A stretch of 61,197 nucleotides of DNA, filler included, from Porpidia crustulata (taxonomy: Eukaryota), in assembly GCA_964255105.1 (NCBI GenBank). It is 12 parts of 12 records of this genome, joined end to end, with 100 filler letters (N's around TTAATTAATTAA, not from the genome) between each part and the next. Parts side by side here need not be neighbours in the genome. Positions count along the whole stretch, not along the records: positions 46,025 to 51,023 come from CAXUWE010001939.1; positions 51,124 to 56,111 come from CAXUWE010001940.1; positions 56,212 to 61,197 come from CAXUWE010001941.1; 9 more parts are not named here. One strand, given 5' to 3'. Positions 48,522 to 60,847 of the stretch are shown one piece after another. The notes under the pieces were generated by a model that saw nothing but the letters and a program-made list of their open reading frames with translations, searched no databases and had not been told where the DNA came from. The position numbers and the translations under genes were made by a program. Positions within the stretch are counted from its first letter, which is position 1, and every line of letters begins with the position of its first letter.

Positions 48522-49563
48522 ATGCGTCTCCTCGCAACAATAATCATCATATTCCACCCTTCCTTGGCCATCGCACAGTACTTCTACGCCACGGACGTCG
48601 CCAGCAAAGCCGGTCCCTGGAAAGTCCAACCCAGCGCTCAATCATTCAGCGGGTTCCTCGCCGCCAATTACACCAGCGATGGCGATGTGTCGGTGACCTT
48701 CGACACCTCGCCGATCGACCATGATGGGAACTACTCTGTTAGCATGTACACGCCGGGGTGTATCCAAACGGGCGACTGCAACCGCCGAGGCACAGTTAGC
48801 ATCGTAGGAAACTATACGAGCGACGGGGCGTCTGCCTCCACACGCATTGCTCAGACGAATTCCTTTGATAAGTATGATCAGATTTACCATGGGGGCGTCA
48901 ATGCAAGTGGAGGGGGCTTCAAGTCCTCGGTCAAGCTAGCGTCGATTCCTGGTCCAGGCGGCGTTGTCGTTGCGCAGGCGATCAGATTTCAGTTGCTGGC
49001 GGCTTATCAGTGAGAAACATTAATCTTGGATGATGGTTGTTTCGAGACTAATAACAGCACGTAGGAGCTCTGGAAGTGCAGGGACAGGAACGGCAGGTCC
49101 CTCCCAATCTTCTCAGCGCGGGACTGCCACTACTCAGACTGGAACAAGTAACGCTACGCCAACAATCCCCAACGTCACGGTGACGGCCTCCGCGGACGCT
49201 CATTCTAAGGGCTTAAACGAAGGCGCCAAGATCGGCATCGGAGTCGGTGTCTCCCTAGGCGTGATTCTCTGTTTGGTCGTCGCATTGCTAATTTACTTAC
49301 GTGTCCAACGCAAGCAAAAGGGTAGAGCTGGGAAAGGCTCGCCGGTTGATGGGAGCGGAGCAGAAGATGAGTCGGGGTTAGCCAAGGCGGAGCTGCAGGG
49401 GGAGTCAACGCATACGGAAATGCTTGATACGTCAGTGCACGCCGAATTGCCACAAGGCCCATTGCATACGGAGCTGCCGGGAATTTCGTCACCTGTGGAG
49501 CTGCCAGGTAAATTGGTGCATCAGCAGCTACCAGGAGGCACCATGTATGAGCGCACCACCTAG
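48522..49563 (+). CDS. Single-pass membrane protein with signal peptide, stand-alone Rax2 'third domain' ectodomain, stalk, TM and 6x9-aa tail repeats (intron 49010-49064)
   Basis: GPW.V.PS.QS...L.A...GNYSV.MYTPGCIQ...C.RRG.V...QTN.FDKYDQIY.G...F..SV.L...VVAQ.I.F.L; GLNEGAKIGIGVGV TM. Confidence 0.85.
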
Positions 49564-50125
49564 AGAATTCCCTTACATAGCAGCAGTCCTGCAGTCCCGC
49601 AAACCCCTGGAAGAGCCCCTGGATAAGAGAGCCCAATGCACCCAACAACTGCCATTTGGGGTTTTGAACGAGCTATGAGACTTGCTCGACTCGCAAGGAA
49701 CGGCATCAAGACTACTTGGTGAAGACTATCTCCTCGCTTACGGCTGGAATGACCGAGTCATATTGACAAATTTTCGATTATTTCGTTCAAGCGGAGACTC
49801 GAGTGGGTCAAAGATACGAGCGATAGACGAGTCAAATTCGGCCCAAATTTGCCACTGAGCTCCTCCGGTACGACTCAGCCGGTTGCCCAACCAGGCGGGC
49901 TGGTCCCTGAAGGCACACGGACCCAGCCCGCCATCAGACTCAGTGAGGTCGGGTTTGGTCGGTCCGGGGTTGGAAACCATTGTCACCGACCCAATCGGTC
50001 GCGCAGCTAATAAAACGAAGTTGAAGCAGCTTACGACTAAAGTTCCAAACCATAGATTCAAGGCTGTCAAATTTCATATTCACTTTACTGTGCGGCCCTC
50101 GACAGGATCAATCCACCGAAACGCT

Positions 50126-51010
50126 TTAGATACCCCTCCCTCCATCAACTTCCAAATTCACGCCGTTGATAAATTTCCCCTCATCCGAAGAGAGGAAAAG
50201 CAGCGTATTCGCGACATCCATCGGCTCCGTCAACCGTCCCAAAGGCACATTGCTGATGAAACTCGCTCTGTTCTCAGGAGTATCCGGAACGCCCGCAAAC
50301 GACTCGAAACTAGACCACCACCATGAGTCTCTGGCTCCCGTAAAAATAAAAATTTTAGCACTCTCGAAAATACCTCAACTTACAGTCCAGTCCCACTCAA
50401 AAGCGGGCACACCGAATTCACCCGGATCTGATGCGGTCCATACTCCGCGGCCAACCCCTTTGTAGCATTTGCTACCGCGCCTTTGGAAGCGTTGTACCAC
50501 ACCAGCCCCGGGCGCGGTCTCATGGCCCCGATACTCGCGACGTTGACGATGGCGCCGCCGCGTTGCTGCTCGATCAGTTTCGGGACGACGACGGCGACGG
50601 AATGGAAGATTGATTTCACGTTGACGCGGAAACAGCGGTCGAATTCGTCTTCGGTTACGTCTAGCGTCGGCTGTGTTGCAGAGAAAAGAGATGAGTATCA
50701 CACTCTCCTCCTGCGGATGCAGAACAGTTTGAAAAAGAACTTTCACCACGAAATCAATACCTTATTCCGATAAGTCGTCCCCGCATTATTAACGACCACA
50801 TCGATCCTCCCCCACCGCCTCATTGCCTCCTCCAACGCCGCCTCCCAATCCGATCGCACCGACACATCGACCCGCATCGCAAACATGTTTTCCCCGCCAG
50901 CGCTCGCCGTCTTTTCCGCTCCCGCTGTGTTGATGTCGCATACGAGGACGCTACACCCTTGAGATGCGAATAGCGTTGCGGTTGCGGCGCCGAAGCCGGA
51001 ACCGGCGCCT
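50126..51010 (-). CDS. Short-chain dehydrogenase/reductase (FabG/TsaC-like), 5'-truncated, multi-exon
   Basis: GAGSGFG, IDVVVNNAG, RPRPGLVWYNASKGAV (YxxxK), IRVNSVCP, VPLGRL, NLEVDGGRGI*. Confidence 0.9.
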
Positions 51011-51633
51011 GGAGGGTTGTGGGNNNNNNNNNNNNNNNNNNNNNNNNNNNNNNNNNNNNNNNNNNNNTTAATTAATTAANNNNNNNNNNNNNNNNNNNNN
51101 NNNNNNNNNNNNNNNNNNNNNNNGCGTAAGCGTAGGTGTGGGCGTGATATGCGGTTTTATACATGCGATCATGCTCCGTGATGCGATGGGACATATCTCG
51201 AGAAGAAAGATAGATGGTGATACATTTAATAAATTCAAAAAAGTATCCATCTGAAAATTAATTGAATAACCCGCAACGAGCTTACAAGAAATCATGTTTC
51301 GGTTTCGGGAAGGAGAATCCGAGCGCTGGATGGTATTGGGCATGTGTTGAATTTGGGGTGGGTATGGAGAGATGTATAATAGTAGTATACGGAGTTGTAA
51401 ATGTAAGGTAGGTTTGATATCAATGCGTTCATCTCGCCTTGCTGATCCAAATCAAATCAAGCTAGAATCCACAAGTCCTCGAACTGTGGGTTCCATTTAC
51501 TTGAACCGTAGAAACAGTCATGCAAGTCAAGTCGTGCGGAAAAGAAAGTCTCCAGATCCGGCCGTGTTATCATGAGCGCTGACTCCAGTACATAAGGGCG
51601 ATGGTTTGGATGATCCATGCGCAAAGACAATTC

Positions 51634-53273
51634 TCAATTGCGGATTTCCTGCAGTTCCAACTGCACCGGCACGCCTCCCTGCTCTCCGCTTCGCAACATG
51701 GCTTCCAACTGAGACACGAGGAATTAGCCGTTTTTTGCACATCGTGTCACGAGGATGTGAAACCTCCACTCACCACTTCCAAGTCCGCCAACGCTTCCTC
51801 CGGACTCTGTCGCCCGCTCGGCCCCGTCTTGCCTCCTCCTCCGATCCCCCTGGCCCACGCCTCGACTTCCTGCATCACGCCCTCTCCCTCATTTGGAAAC
51901 TCTCTCCGTTCCGCTTCTTCACTGCCTTCTTCCGTCCTGACCACGACCGATCCCTCTCTGACGGTGACGCTCCCGAGGTCGCACGCGACGTTGTATTCGA
52001 AATCGTCTGGGAGCGTTGTTCCGAAACTTACGCTGAAAATCCCGGTCACGCCGGTGTTCGTTTTCATGGTCGCGTCGACCGTGTCTGTTGGCGGTAGGTG
52101 GGGTTGTAGCTGTGTTGTGTGGGCTGAGACGTGTTTGATGTAGGTTCCGCCCCCAGCAGATGCAGAAACGAGAAGGAGGCGAATGCCGGCGGTGAAGTGG
52201 ACGCCGCCGTCGAGGAGGAATCCGCCTTGGTAGGAGGGGGTTTTGCGCCATGATGTTTCTGGGTCACAAGGATAGCGTTAGTTTCTATTCCCCCATTTGA
52301 TACTTTGGGACTGTCTCGAAACGAAGAATGTATTTGACGATGGGGAATTGGACGGCGTGGACAAAGGGAAGGGATAGTGTCTCGTACCAAAGTACCTGTC
52401 CCCCGGCTTTACGAATGTAGCCATCTTGAAACTAAAGCCCAATATCCTCCCCATCTCTCCAATTCGCTTCGCAGCATATATGAAGCTCTCAAGGAACCGG
52501 AAATTCTCCGCCACGCTCCACGTGCCGCCAGACTTCTTACGCCCATCTTTCTCCCCAACATCTAAACAGTGATACCAATCCAAGAGTTCCCGTGCCGTAC
52601 CCAAATCCTTGGCGATCGGTTTCTCGGAAAGGACATGTTTCCCCACTTCCAGCGCCTTTCGGATGTAATCTGGCTGAACTACGATCGGTAGCCTATATTT
52701 TCAATGCGTTGAGCCCCCCCATCAGCTGCTCATCATCTCCCTCCTTGCAAGAAGCACAAACACACAGCGATCACAAACAGCGCATAGCAAGGTGCGGCTT
52801 ACGCGATTATAACACCCTGCACGTCTTCGCGGTTCAATAAATCCTCGTAGCTTCTCCCCTCGCCCACATCATCGCCGTACACATCGATCTCTGAACTTGC
52901 ATGCTTTTCGGAGGCGGTGGACGCGAGAGCTTGAGCGGATCTCGAGGAGCGCGAGTAGGTTGCTTTGAGGCTGAGGAGGTCGCGGCAGGCTAGGATGGCG
53001 GGCTACGCTTGTGCCGCTCGTCAGCCGGATGTATGTCGCCCGTGGCAGGGTGGAAAGTGTACGTCCAACGGAGATGGCGTACCAAATGTTGGTCTTGCGC
53101 GAATATGCCTGCGAAAGAGTGAGTGTTTGCTTTAACTTTGTCGCTGCGCACCAGGCAATGAAGATTGCTTGATTGTAGAATTGGGGAAAGGGTTGGGTGT
53201 ATGTGGAGAGGAAAGACACTTTGGAAAGGGAGGGGCGGATACCACTGCCTATGAGTGCTACGCCTATTGTCAT
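51634..53273 (-). CDS. Gfo/Idh/MocA family NAD(P)-dependent oxidoreductase (multi-exon)
   Basis: MTIGVALIGSG/IFA..HL/PA...LKATYSRS, V.GVIIA/LPI..QP, GKHVLSEKP, WSVAENFRF, GGFLLDGGVHF, SPEEALADLEV/LEAMLRSG. Confidence 0.9.
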
Positions 53274-53832
53274 TTTGGAAAATGATGGAGCAATGGGTGA
53301 CACTATATCATTCCTCTGCAAGACCGCTGAAAAGACGAATCACTGGAGTAGGCTAAAGTGGTACGGAAGAGTCGAGTACATAGAGGACTACATGGTATGT
53401 ATAGCTCTTGTGAAATGAGAAACTACCTGGTGGATCTAGCTAGGCAATATACTATAAGCGTACCTATATATTTGTAGATATTTTTGATCAGTTATGTTTA
53501 AGTCTAGCCCGGTACTGCATGCACAGTCCTGTCCTCTTGCGCAAGCTCACCTGGCCCGTGGCTATTGTCAACGTCAGGTACTTTGAATTAGGGGTATACT
53601 CCTATACACAGCGGCGATGCTAAAATATGCGGCAAGACTTTGAATAAATAATGTCCCTGATACGAAGTAGATTGCATCAACTTTTATGTCTATCTTTAAA
53701 ATCATAGATGACATTTATCATATCTGACGGGTCCAGAACATGTACAAAGGGTTCTACGTCACATCACTGTCGCCCGTGAGCTCTTTACTATAGTCCTCTC
53801 GCAGCTTACATATTTCTTCCTCATCCAGAAAT

Positions 53833-55984
53833 CTAGCGCGATGGAAAATCGGTAATCTTCAAGCACTTTGGATGCCATAAATCATGCTCGATTACATCTG
53901 GATCTATGTATGAAAAGTTCGAGTAAGCTGGCTCCTCGATGCGCATCTGTCGAAATACAGGCCAGATTGGAATATAACCTGTAGTGAAACAGTAAGCAGT
54001 AGCTCATGTACGGTATGATATGTGGGCTTACATTCTTCCTAAAAGCATTGTTAGTCGGGAACTACACAAAGTCAAGTCACTGGCTGGGATGAAACCATGA
54101 ATTACTTACGTCCCAGTCGCACAACGTGTCGCATCTAGTCCAATGTGGAGCCCAGCCCAACCACGCCGTGAGCTCTTCGATATTATCCTGCCATGCCAAA
54201 ATGCTAGCCAGTAAAGACTTCTCCCATTCGCTGTTCTCATCTGGAATGCGGTCAAATGTTCGACTCCACTCCTTTTCGATCGAATATCCGGCAGAGATGA
54301 GTACGGAGCAAATGCCTTCCATAACTTCTTCGAATGCCTGACCGATGGGGTAGTGCAGTAATGGTGAGGGCTTTCCATGAGGAGCTTTATGGACTGGCCA
54401 GGGCATGTACGCAGACTTGCAACGTTCTTGGGAAAGCTTCCTAATTCGCGATTCTTGTTCGGAAGAGTATTCCAAACGCGGATTTGTCGAGTAATCCAAA
54501 TATGGCATAAGCAAGGCATGTGAGCGCTCCCGGAGTAAGGCGAAGCGTTTCTTAGCAGTAATCCACGAGCCCGTCCATGTATGATTATCTTGTTCGAGAA
54601 GTCGGCGAAATTGTAGCAAACGCTTAGAATAGTTGTTTACAACTAGGTCGTGGATAGCACTCCAAGGTATGCTACGACCGATTTGATTGCCGTCGTAGAC
54701 TTTCTCTGCAGGTTGTGATAGTGTTGATACGATGCGTTTTAGACTTTCTTGGAATCTAGCAATGTCCGACTGACTGAGATTCCCCACTCGATGTTTGGAT
54801 CTCCGCCGCATCAAGCGTATCAGCGCATCTCCCCTCTCTTGTCGACTGTCCACACCTTTCCATAAGCCATCGGACGTGAGATTGAGCTGCTCTTTCTCCT
54901 GCTCGGCTATGATGCGGGAGAATACTTGGTACTCTGACGAGTAAAAGTTGACGAAATCTCCGTCTAACACGTTGATGCCAGGCTGCCTGTAAGACGCCAA
55001 GTCTTCCGCGCTGTAAGATCTGCTCGCGCTCGTCAACATCTCCCAGTACTGAGACATGAGAAAAGGCTCACGCTCCCAGTTATTCTTCACCGCGGGGGCA
55101 GGGAGGTCTGTCGAAGCCAATGGATCAAAAGCCGAGGAAGATAAATGAGGGCCCTCGACTTGCCCAGCAACAAGAGAGGTCCGATTATGGTCCAGCAATG
55201 GCACCGAAACATTCAACCGAGAAATTAGTCTCAGCGAAGGACTGGAGAAATTGCACCAAATCAGTTCAAACCCAGCGTTCATCCTCACGACACCTTCGAT
55301 ACCTTGTCCAGGAGCTCCGGCCTCCTGTTCGTGTATCCACCCACAAAGTCGTCGGGCACGATCATATTCATCCCAAGAGACTGGTCTGTTCGAATTCTTG
55401 GTGGGAATCCCCGTGGTATTACCATAGATCAGCAACATCTGGGTATCCAACGTGCCGCTTCCCCACAATGTTGCGGATGCGCCATCAAAGTATAAGCATT
55501 TGGTAGGACGCGTAGTCTGGTACGTCGATAGAAACGAATTACGAGTTGATCCCATGATACCATAGGCCATCTCTCTGAACAGATTCACACATTAATATTG
55601 ATAGCCTATGAACCGGGGGCCAACTTAACCCTAAATTTATGAGATGATCACCGTATTATTAGAAACTTACGGTGCGAAGGACAGCCATTCTGGACTTTTC
55701 GGAGCCTCTCCGTTCAACCAGCCGTGATAAAGCGGAGTAAAAGCGGGAATCTCACATGGAACGACAGCATAGCCATTAGGGAAGAAAGTATTATAGCCTT
55801 GACGCAGAAGCCCATGGACGGAAGAAAAGAGGTGGGGAGCAGCTGAAGAAAAGTTAAGGTATCGTTTACTTTCGAACAAAGTAGACTTTGTTTTGTCAGA
55901 GAGTCGTTGCTGTCCTACGTGCTGAGATTGAGCGTATGAGCTGGAGCAGCATAGTGTTACAACGATGCTCAGGAGGAACAACAT
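53833..55984 (-). CDS. Secreted uncharacterised fungal protein (4 exons, incl. 7-nt micro-exon 54032-54038)
   Basis: Signal peptide MLFLLSIVVTLCCSSSYA; NTFFPNG, TPLYHG, SPEWL, LYFDG.SAT..G.GTLDTQ, GIEGVVRMNAGFELIWC, WLGW.....C...CDWD/EEC/YIPIWP...W.PKC. Confidence 0.8.
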
Positions 55985-56213
55985 AGCACATTCAGCTTAC
56001 AACTTCTGAACTCAGCGCATTGAAGACCGAGTCGGCGAGGTGACTATGGGCTCTGCGTTGCATCTGGACAAACAAGGGCGATTATACTTAAGCCTTGGCA
56101 CAGTCGACAGCNNNNNNNNNNNNNNNNNNNNNNNNNNNNNNNNNNNNNNNNNNNNTTAATTAATTAANNNNNNNNNNNNNNNNNNNNNNNNNNNNNNNNN
56201 NNNNNNNNNNNCT

Positions 56214-56509
56214 TCAAGGATTTGGCGGCTCAGTGCTCAAGTTCTCTTCGCAATATATCTTATCATCTAGTTTACCATCCCGCAATAGTTTATACTGTCC
56301 CAGGGCCAAGACTCCGTGGATTTTGTAAGGGTTCGGATCGATTCCTCTGGCGCGTTGAACGTAGACTTGTTGGCCGGGTACGTACGAAGAAGGATACTTG
56401 GGAGATTCGTGATCGGTAAAGAGAGTAGCGAACGAGAGGAGTTTGTGTGTGCGGGGAATTGGCTTACCTCGCCCTTGAAATCTAATGGTTCCCTTTTGTA
56501 TCTGCTCAT
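56214..56509 (-). CDS. Putative 74-aa small beta-barrel (SH3/Tudor-like) protein, 2 exons (intron 56397-56467)
   Basis: MSRYKREPLDFKGE|GTAAGC...AAG|YPSSYVPGQQVYVQ...PYKIHGVLALGQYKLLRDG....IYCEENL. Phase-0 join; branch site is weak. Confidence 0.45.
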
Positions 56510-57200
56510 CGTCTTCTCTTGCCCTTTTGGGACGCAGTAGGGTTCGTGGTCCTACGATGCCGATTGATAGGCAACGCACCAGAGTGAGAGGGTGATAAGC
56601 CAGCCGCAGGCACAGTTTTCAGTGGCTTTAGGATTTCCTTAAGATATCAGAAATGCGCTTGCGTCGGCAGGTGAACACGCTCTAACCCGTATAACGTAGT
56701 ATTGTTTATTGACAAGCGTATACTGTTACACACAGAGAGTGTTGTTCCTTTAAGTTGAAGCCTAGGAGTGAGTGCTGAGACAGAGCGAATATGCCTAACG
56801 CAGAGGTGCGTCTGCTAGGCTCCTGCATGTAAAGGCTGACATAATACGTATTATCAACTACGCCGTCCATGGACATGCTATCTGGCGACCAAATCTGTAG
56901 CTATCCCTTCTAAATGAACGGGTGTCCCTAATGAGGTGATTGGCACCCATGGATGAAATGAAGTAGGAACGGTAGCATGCATCCATGGGCAACTTAATGC
57001 CTTACGATGTCGGAATGCGTCTTCCAGACGCAAGGATTGTAGGGCCACCACTGCGACCCACGGTGTCACTGTACAGGTATTCGCAGTGCCGACTGGATAG
57101 CGTTGGCGTGTTTACAGAGATAATCTTGCAGCTGGACCAGGAATGGCAGCTGTTCACGCTATTCAGCCGCCGCTGGAGGTCGCTGTGAGCTTCGTCGGCA

Positions 57201-60200
57201 TCATATATGCGTTCCCATCATCATAGCCTCCCTCAACTGAACTTCCCTTTTGATATCCAAATGGTCTAACTCTTCCGCTTTTACATCGTCCCAATAGACA
57301 GCGGTGAATTCATGAGATTTGTGGGTAATTTTCGCGGATCGGTAACATTTGAAGCAATAGTCGAAGTCGGTGCATATCAAGCATTTGTAGCGAGTGCCGA
57401 ATATTATCTTTTGAGAGTCAGTTTCTTGCCATTGAAGGATCTGAAATATAGGTAACTCACATACTCACATCCATCGCAGTATACATTCGAATGCATTAAC
57501 GAAGTCCTTAATTTCTCGACCTCGAAGCTTTCAGGCGTTGTTCCGCGAGGAGGTCTTAGAAATGCTACTACCTTTGGGTCTCCATATTCATCATCTTCAT
57601 AAAATGAGGCAACTGCGTATGGCAGCCATTCTTTCCCATTTCCAGGAACACCACCTGCATCCAGCAGCCGTCGTACAATAGGCAAGGGTGCGCCTTTTGC
57701 TGCCCAAACCAGAGGTGTCCAGCCGTCAATATCAGGCTGTTTCGGGTCGAGTCCATGTTCTAGCAAGAATTCGACAGCTTCTCCCGGACCCGTGGCTGCA
57801 TGATGTAAGCATGTACGCCCTTGCTTATCCACTTTCTGGAGGTCAAACCCAAGGTTTGCGAGGTATTCAAGGCATTTGAGATTGCCTTCATTAGAAGACC
57901 TGTGAAGCTGATTCCTTCCTTCTGGATCCGTAGGCAGATGTTCTGGGAACTTGGAGACTAATACTTTGAGCAGAGGAAGATGGTCTTTATAAGCCGCTCT
58001 TCGTAACGCATCATCGACCATGCCAAGTTGAATTTGTTTTGGAAGATCACACCCTAAGAGCATTTTTGTAACTTCCAGATGACCACATTCGCATGCGATT
58101 GAAAGAGGTCCCAACCCATTTCGGTCTCTGAGTGTGACGTCGGCGCCACTCTTTAGAAGTAACTGCGACAGATGAAGGTGGCCATCCATGACAGCGAGGT
58201 GCAATGCCGATTCTCCTCTGAGATTTTTAGCATCTATGTCAGAACCATGGGTCAGTAGCAAGTTCTTCACTGCTAATGAATAATTCAAAGTCCGGACTTG
58301 TTGTACCATCCGACCTCGATACTCCAACAAGCTTGACCTGAAAATGTCGTGCGCGGATATGTCATTGCAGTCCAGGGTTGCCAGATGCAGTGGAGTATTT
58401 CCCGCGCCGTCCTTAACGCGAGGGTCCGCTCCATTGTCAAGTAACATTCGTACCACATTCATGTGGCCGCAGCCAGCGGCTCGGTGCAATGCAGTATCTC
58501 CCCAACTCGATTTGATATCTATAATTCGTGGGTCTTTAGCAAGTAAACACAAGACAGTATCCTCCAATCCATAGAAAGAGGCAAGCCACAGCGCATGTAC
58601 GTTCTTCGGATACAGCTGAGAGTAGCCGAAGCCAAAAGACTCCCGAACACACAAGACTTGGATAGAGGCCGACAAGTTGGTACTACATGATAAGAAAGAC
58701 ATGATCAGATCTTTGCAGTCTTCTTCTCCCGAGGCATGGACGTGATGTCCCCATTTAAAGACTGCGTATTTTAGTAAAGACCACTGACGTGTTCTTATTT
58801 CGTAACTTTCATGCTCATAGCACGGCCCTTTGCCAAATTCCTCAAACAGGAGATACGTAAGACAAGTCTTCGCCATCTCTGTCTGGGCTTTAGGGAACAC
58901 AATATCTGCTTTGCGATTCAGGTATTCTTGTAAGGTGTAGTGTACTAAGCTCAAGTTGCCGCTCTCTTTCTGATAGACTAAAAGGCCGTTGCAAGCTGAC
59001 AATAACAATTCCTCGTCTGGGATATTGTCTTCGTCCAAGGTCCGATCCCCTATTTCGACAGCAAGAGCATGCTGTAGCTCTACCATTGTCAGAGGCCTAG
59101 AAGCATAGAACACCCAATAAAGAGCTTTTCGTGCTAGATAATTAAGATCTTGATGTTGGGCGTGAACTCTTTCGAAAGTTTCATCGTATGTCTTGCTGAG
59201 TCCCTCAGGTAGTGACATTAGGGCTTCCTTAAACTTTCGCAAAGTTGTCGCCGTGGCTAGTGAGTCTACGTGAAGACGTGCCTGTAGAAACCTGGTTGAA
59301 GCCTTGAGCTCATCAAATGCGTACGATAAGAAGGCGATGAACTCACATTCCGTCGGCTCTGGCGGCTATTGTTGACGAAATCAAGGTATCCAAGGTCGGA
59401 TCTTTCCTTACATGGGATTGAATTCTATCAGATGTTGCGACTCGCTCTTGGATGTAGTGTAAAAGGTCATCCCTTTGCGCCTCGATTTTCAGCCGTTTCA
59501 CATTTGGGAGTTGACGCTCAATATTCGGTAAGTTCCTTGATGTGATCAGTGTATTCATCTTCGGTCTCAAATGATACAATTCCGCTAGCAGTTGACTTCT
59601 CCATTCTTCAGGGCATTCATCAAACGCATCGACTATGAGAAACACCTTGGTACATCTCATGACAATACGGCGAAGCCATTGTACACTCTCCCCATATGAA
59701 AGGCAGTGTTCTCCTGATTTATGGGCTTCATAGCTTGCCGTTAGTTCTTCCGGCAAGGGAGACTCTAATGATGCTAACTGGCTAATAAGACTCATCAACA
59801 GATTTGGCACCGTCTGCTCTGCCGCGTCTTTGTAGCTAAAGTATATATATGTAAGGCTGTGGGCTTCCAGATCGACAAGGTTTTGTATATGATTTATGAT
59901 ATAGGACCTGTCGCAGAATCAGCACCGGAAAGACACCCGAAAATGTCAATACGCTCACGCTAACACCGTTTTACCAGCACCGGCTATATAAGTCAGCACT
60001 CCTCCACAACAAAGTGAATCGCAGATATATATTGACGTGAACACTCACGTATGCCAGGACACCATAAATTGGCTCCAGTAGCACTCAACCAATGCCGATA
60101 TTCCTGTGTCTTGGTGAACCATTGAGCAGTACCATCTTGCCGATTTGGTATGTTGAAGGTGTCCAAGTGCTTCCGATAGAACTTGGCTGGAAGGGGTGAA

Positions 60201-60847
60201 AGCCAATCCCACACTTTCCGAGTGTAATCTCTAGACTGAGCCAGAGCTAGTTTATCAACCGAACCAGAGATTGTCTTGGTTGAAACTCGTAGATCTTCAA
60301 CGTTTGCAGATATTGAGACGTTCCCATCCTTTAGTATGGTCATATCAGCGGCAATGCTTGTCAGCGTCTGTCCAACCAGGTCTAATCTTTGCAATGCAGC
60401 TGCTGATGAATCAATGTGAAGCAAATCCAAGGCCAGAGCCAGGTCATCCCTTAGCTCGTTGCCGAGTTCTTTGAGTTTAGCAAGAGTGCTCTCCTTGAAA
60501 GGATATAAGTATCTATGGAGTTGAGCCTTTGCTTTGGCTTTCCAACCTTCTTGCAAAGGAACAAGGCGTACTTTGTCCAGCTTTTTCTTGAGGCTTTGAA
60601 AACCTTCCTCGACAGATTTGATACAATCTTCGACTCTTTCTACAACATCAGGATCATAAAATTTATGTTGAATCGCTGACGTGAGGAGTAGCAAAGTCTT
60701 GGTCAATGCTTCGATCGAAGCATTCATCTGGCTCACGTTGGACGGCGCGTCTTTCCACGAGCCATAGTAATCTAGTAGACCCTGACAAATAGTGATTCCG
60801 AGGGAGAGAAGACCCGCTACGCCAGAAGAAACAGCAAGACCCTCCAT
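57201..60847 (-). CDS. Fungal NLR-like protein: HeLo-like/SesA-type N-terminus, NACHT, winged helix, ankyrin repeats, C-terminal ZZ zinc finger
   Basis: MEGLAVSSGVAGLLSLGI...YPFKESTL; DWLSP; LWCPGIP/GAGKT (Walker A); FLIVDAFDEC (Walker B); ADGM/FLQARLHV; RPLT..ELQHAL; L.HYTLQEY; multiple G.T.LH.A repeats; CDGC...RYKCLICTDFDYCFKC......H..HEF. Confidence 0.92.

Noticed and set aside
5025..56211. TTAATTAATTAA repeated every ~5.1 kb, resembling a regularly spaced element or array
   Set aside because: It is an artificial six-frame-stop linker flanked by N44, and segment lengths are simply sorted. Not biological and not CRISPR.
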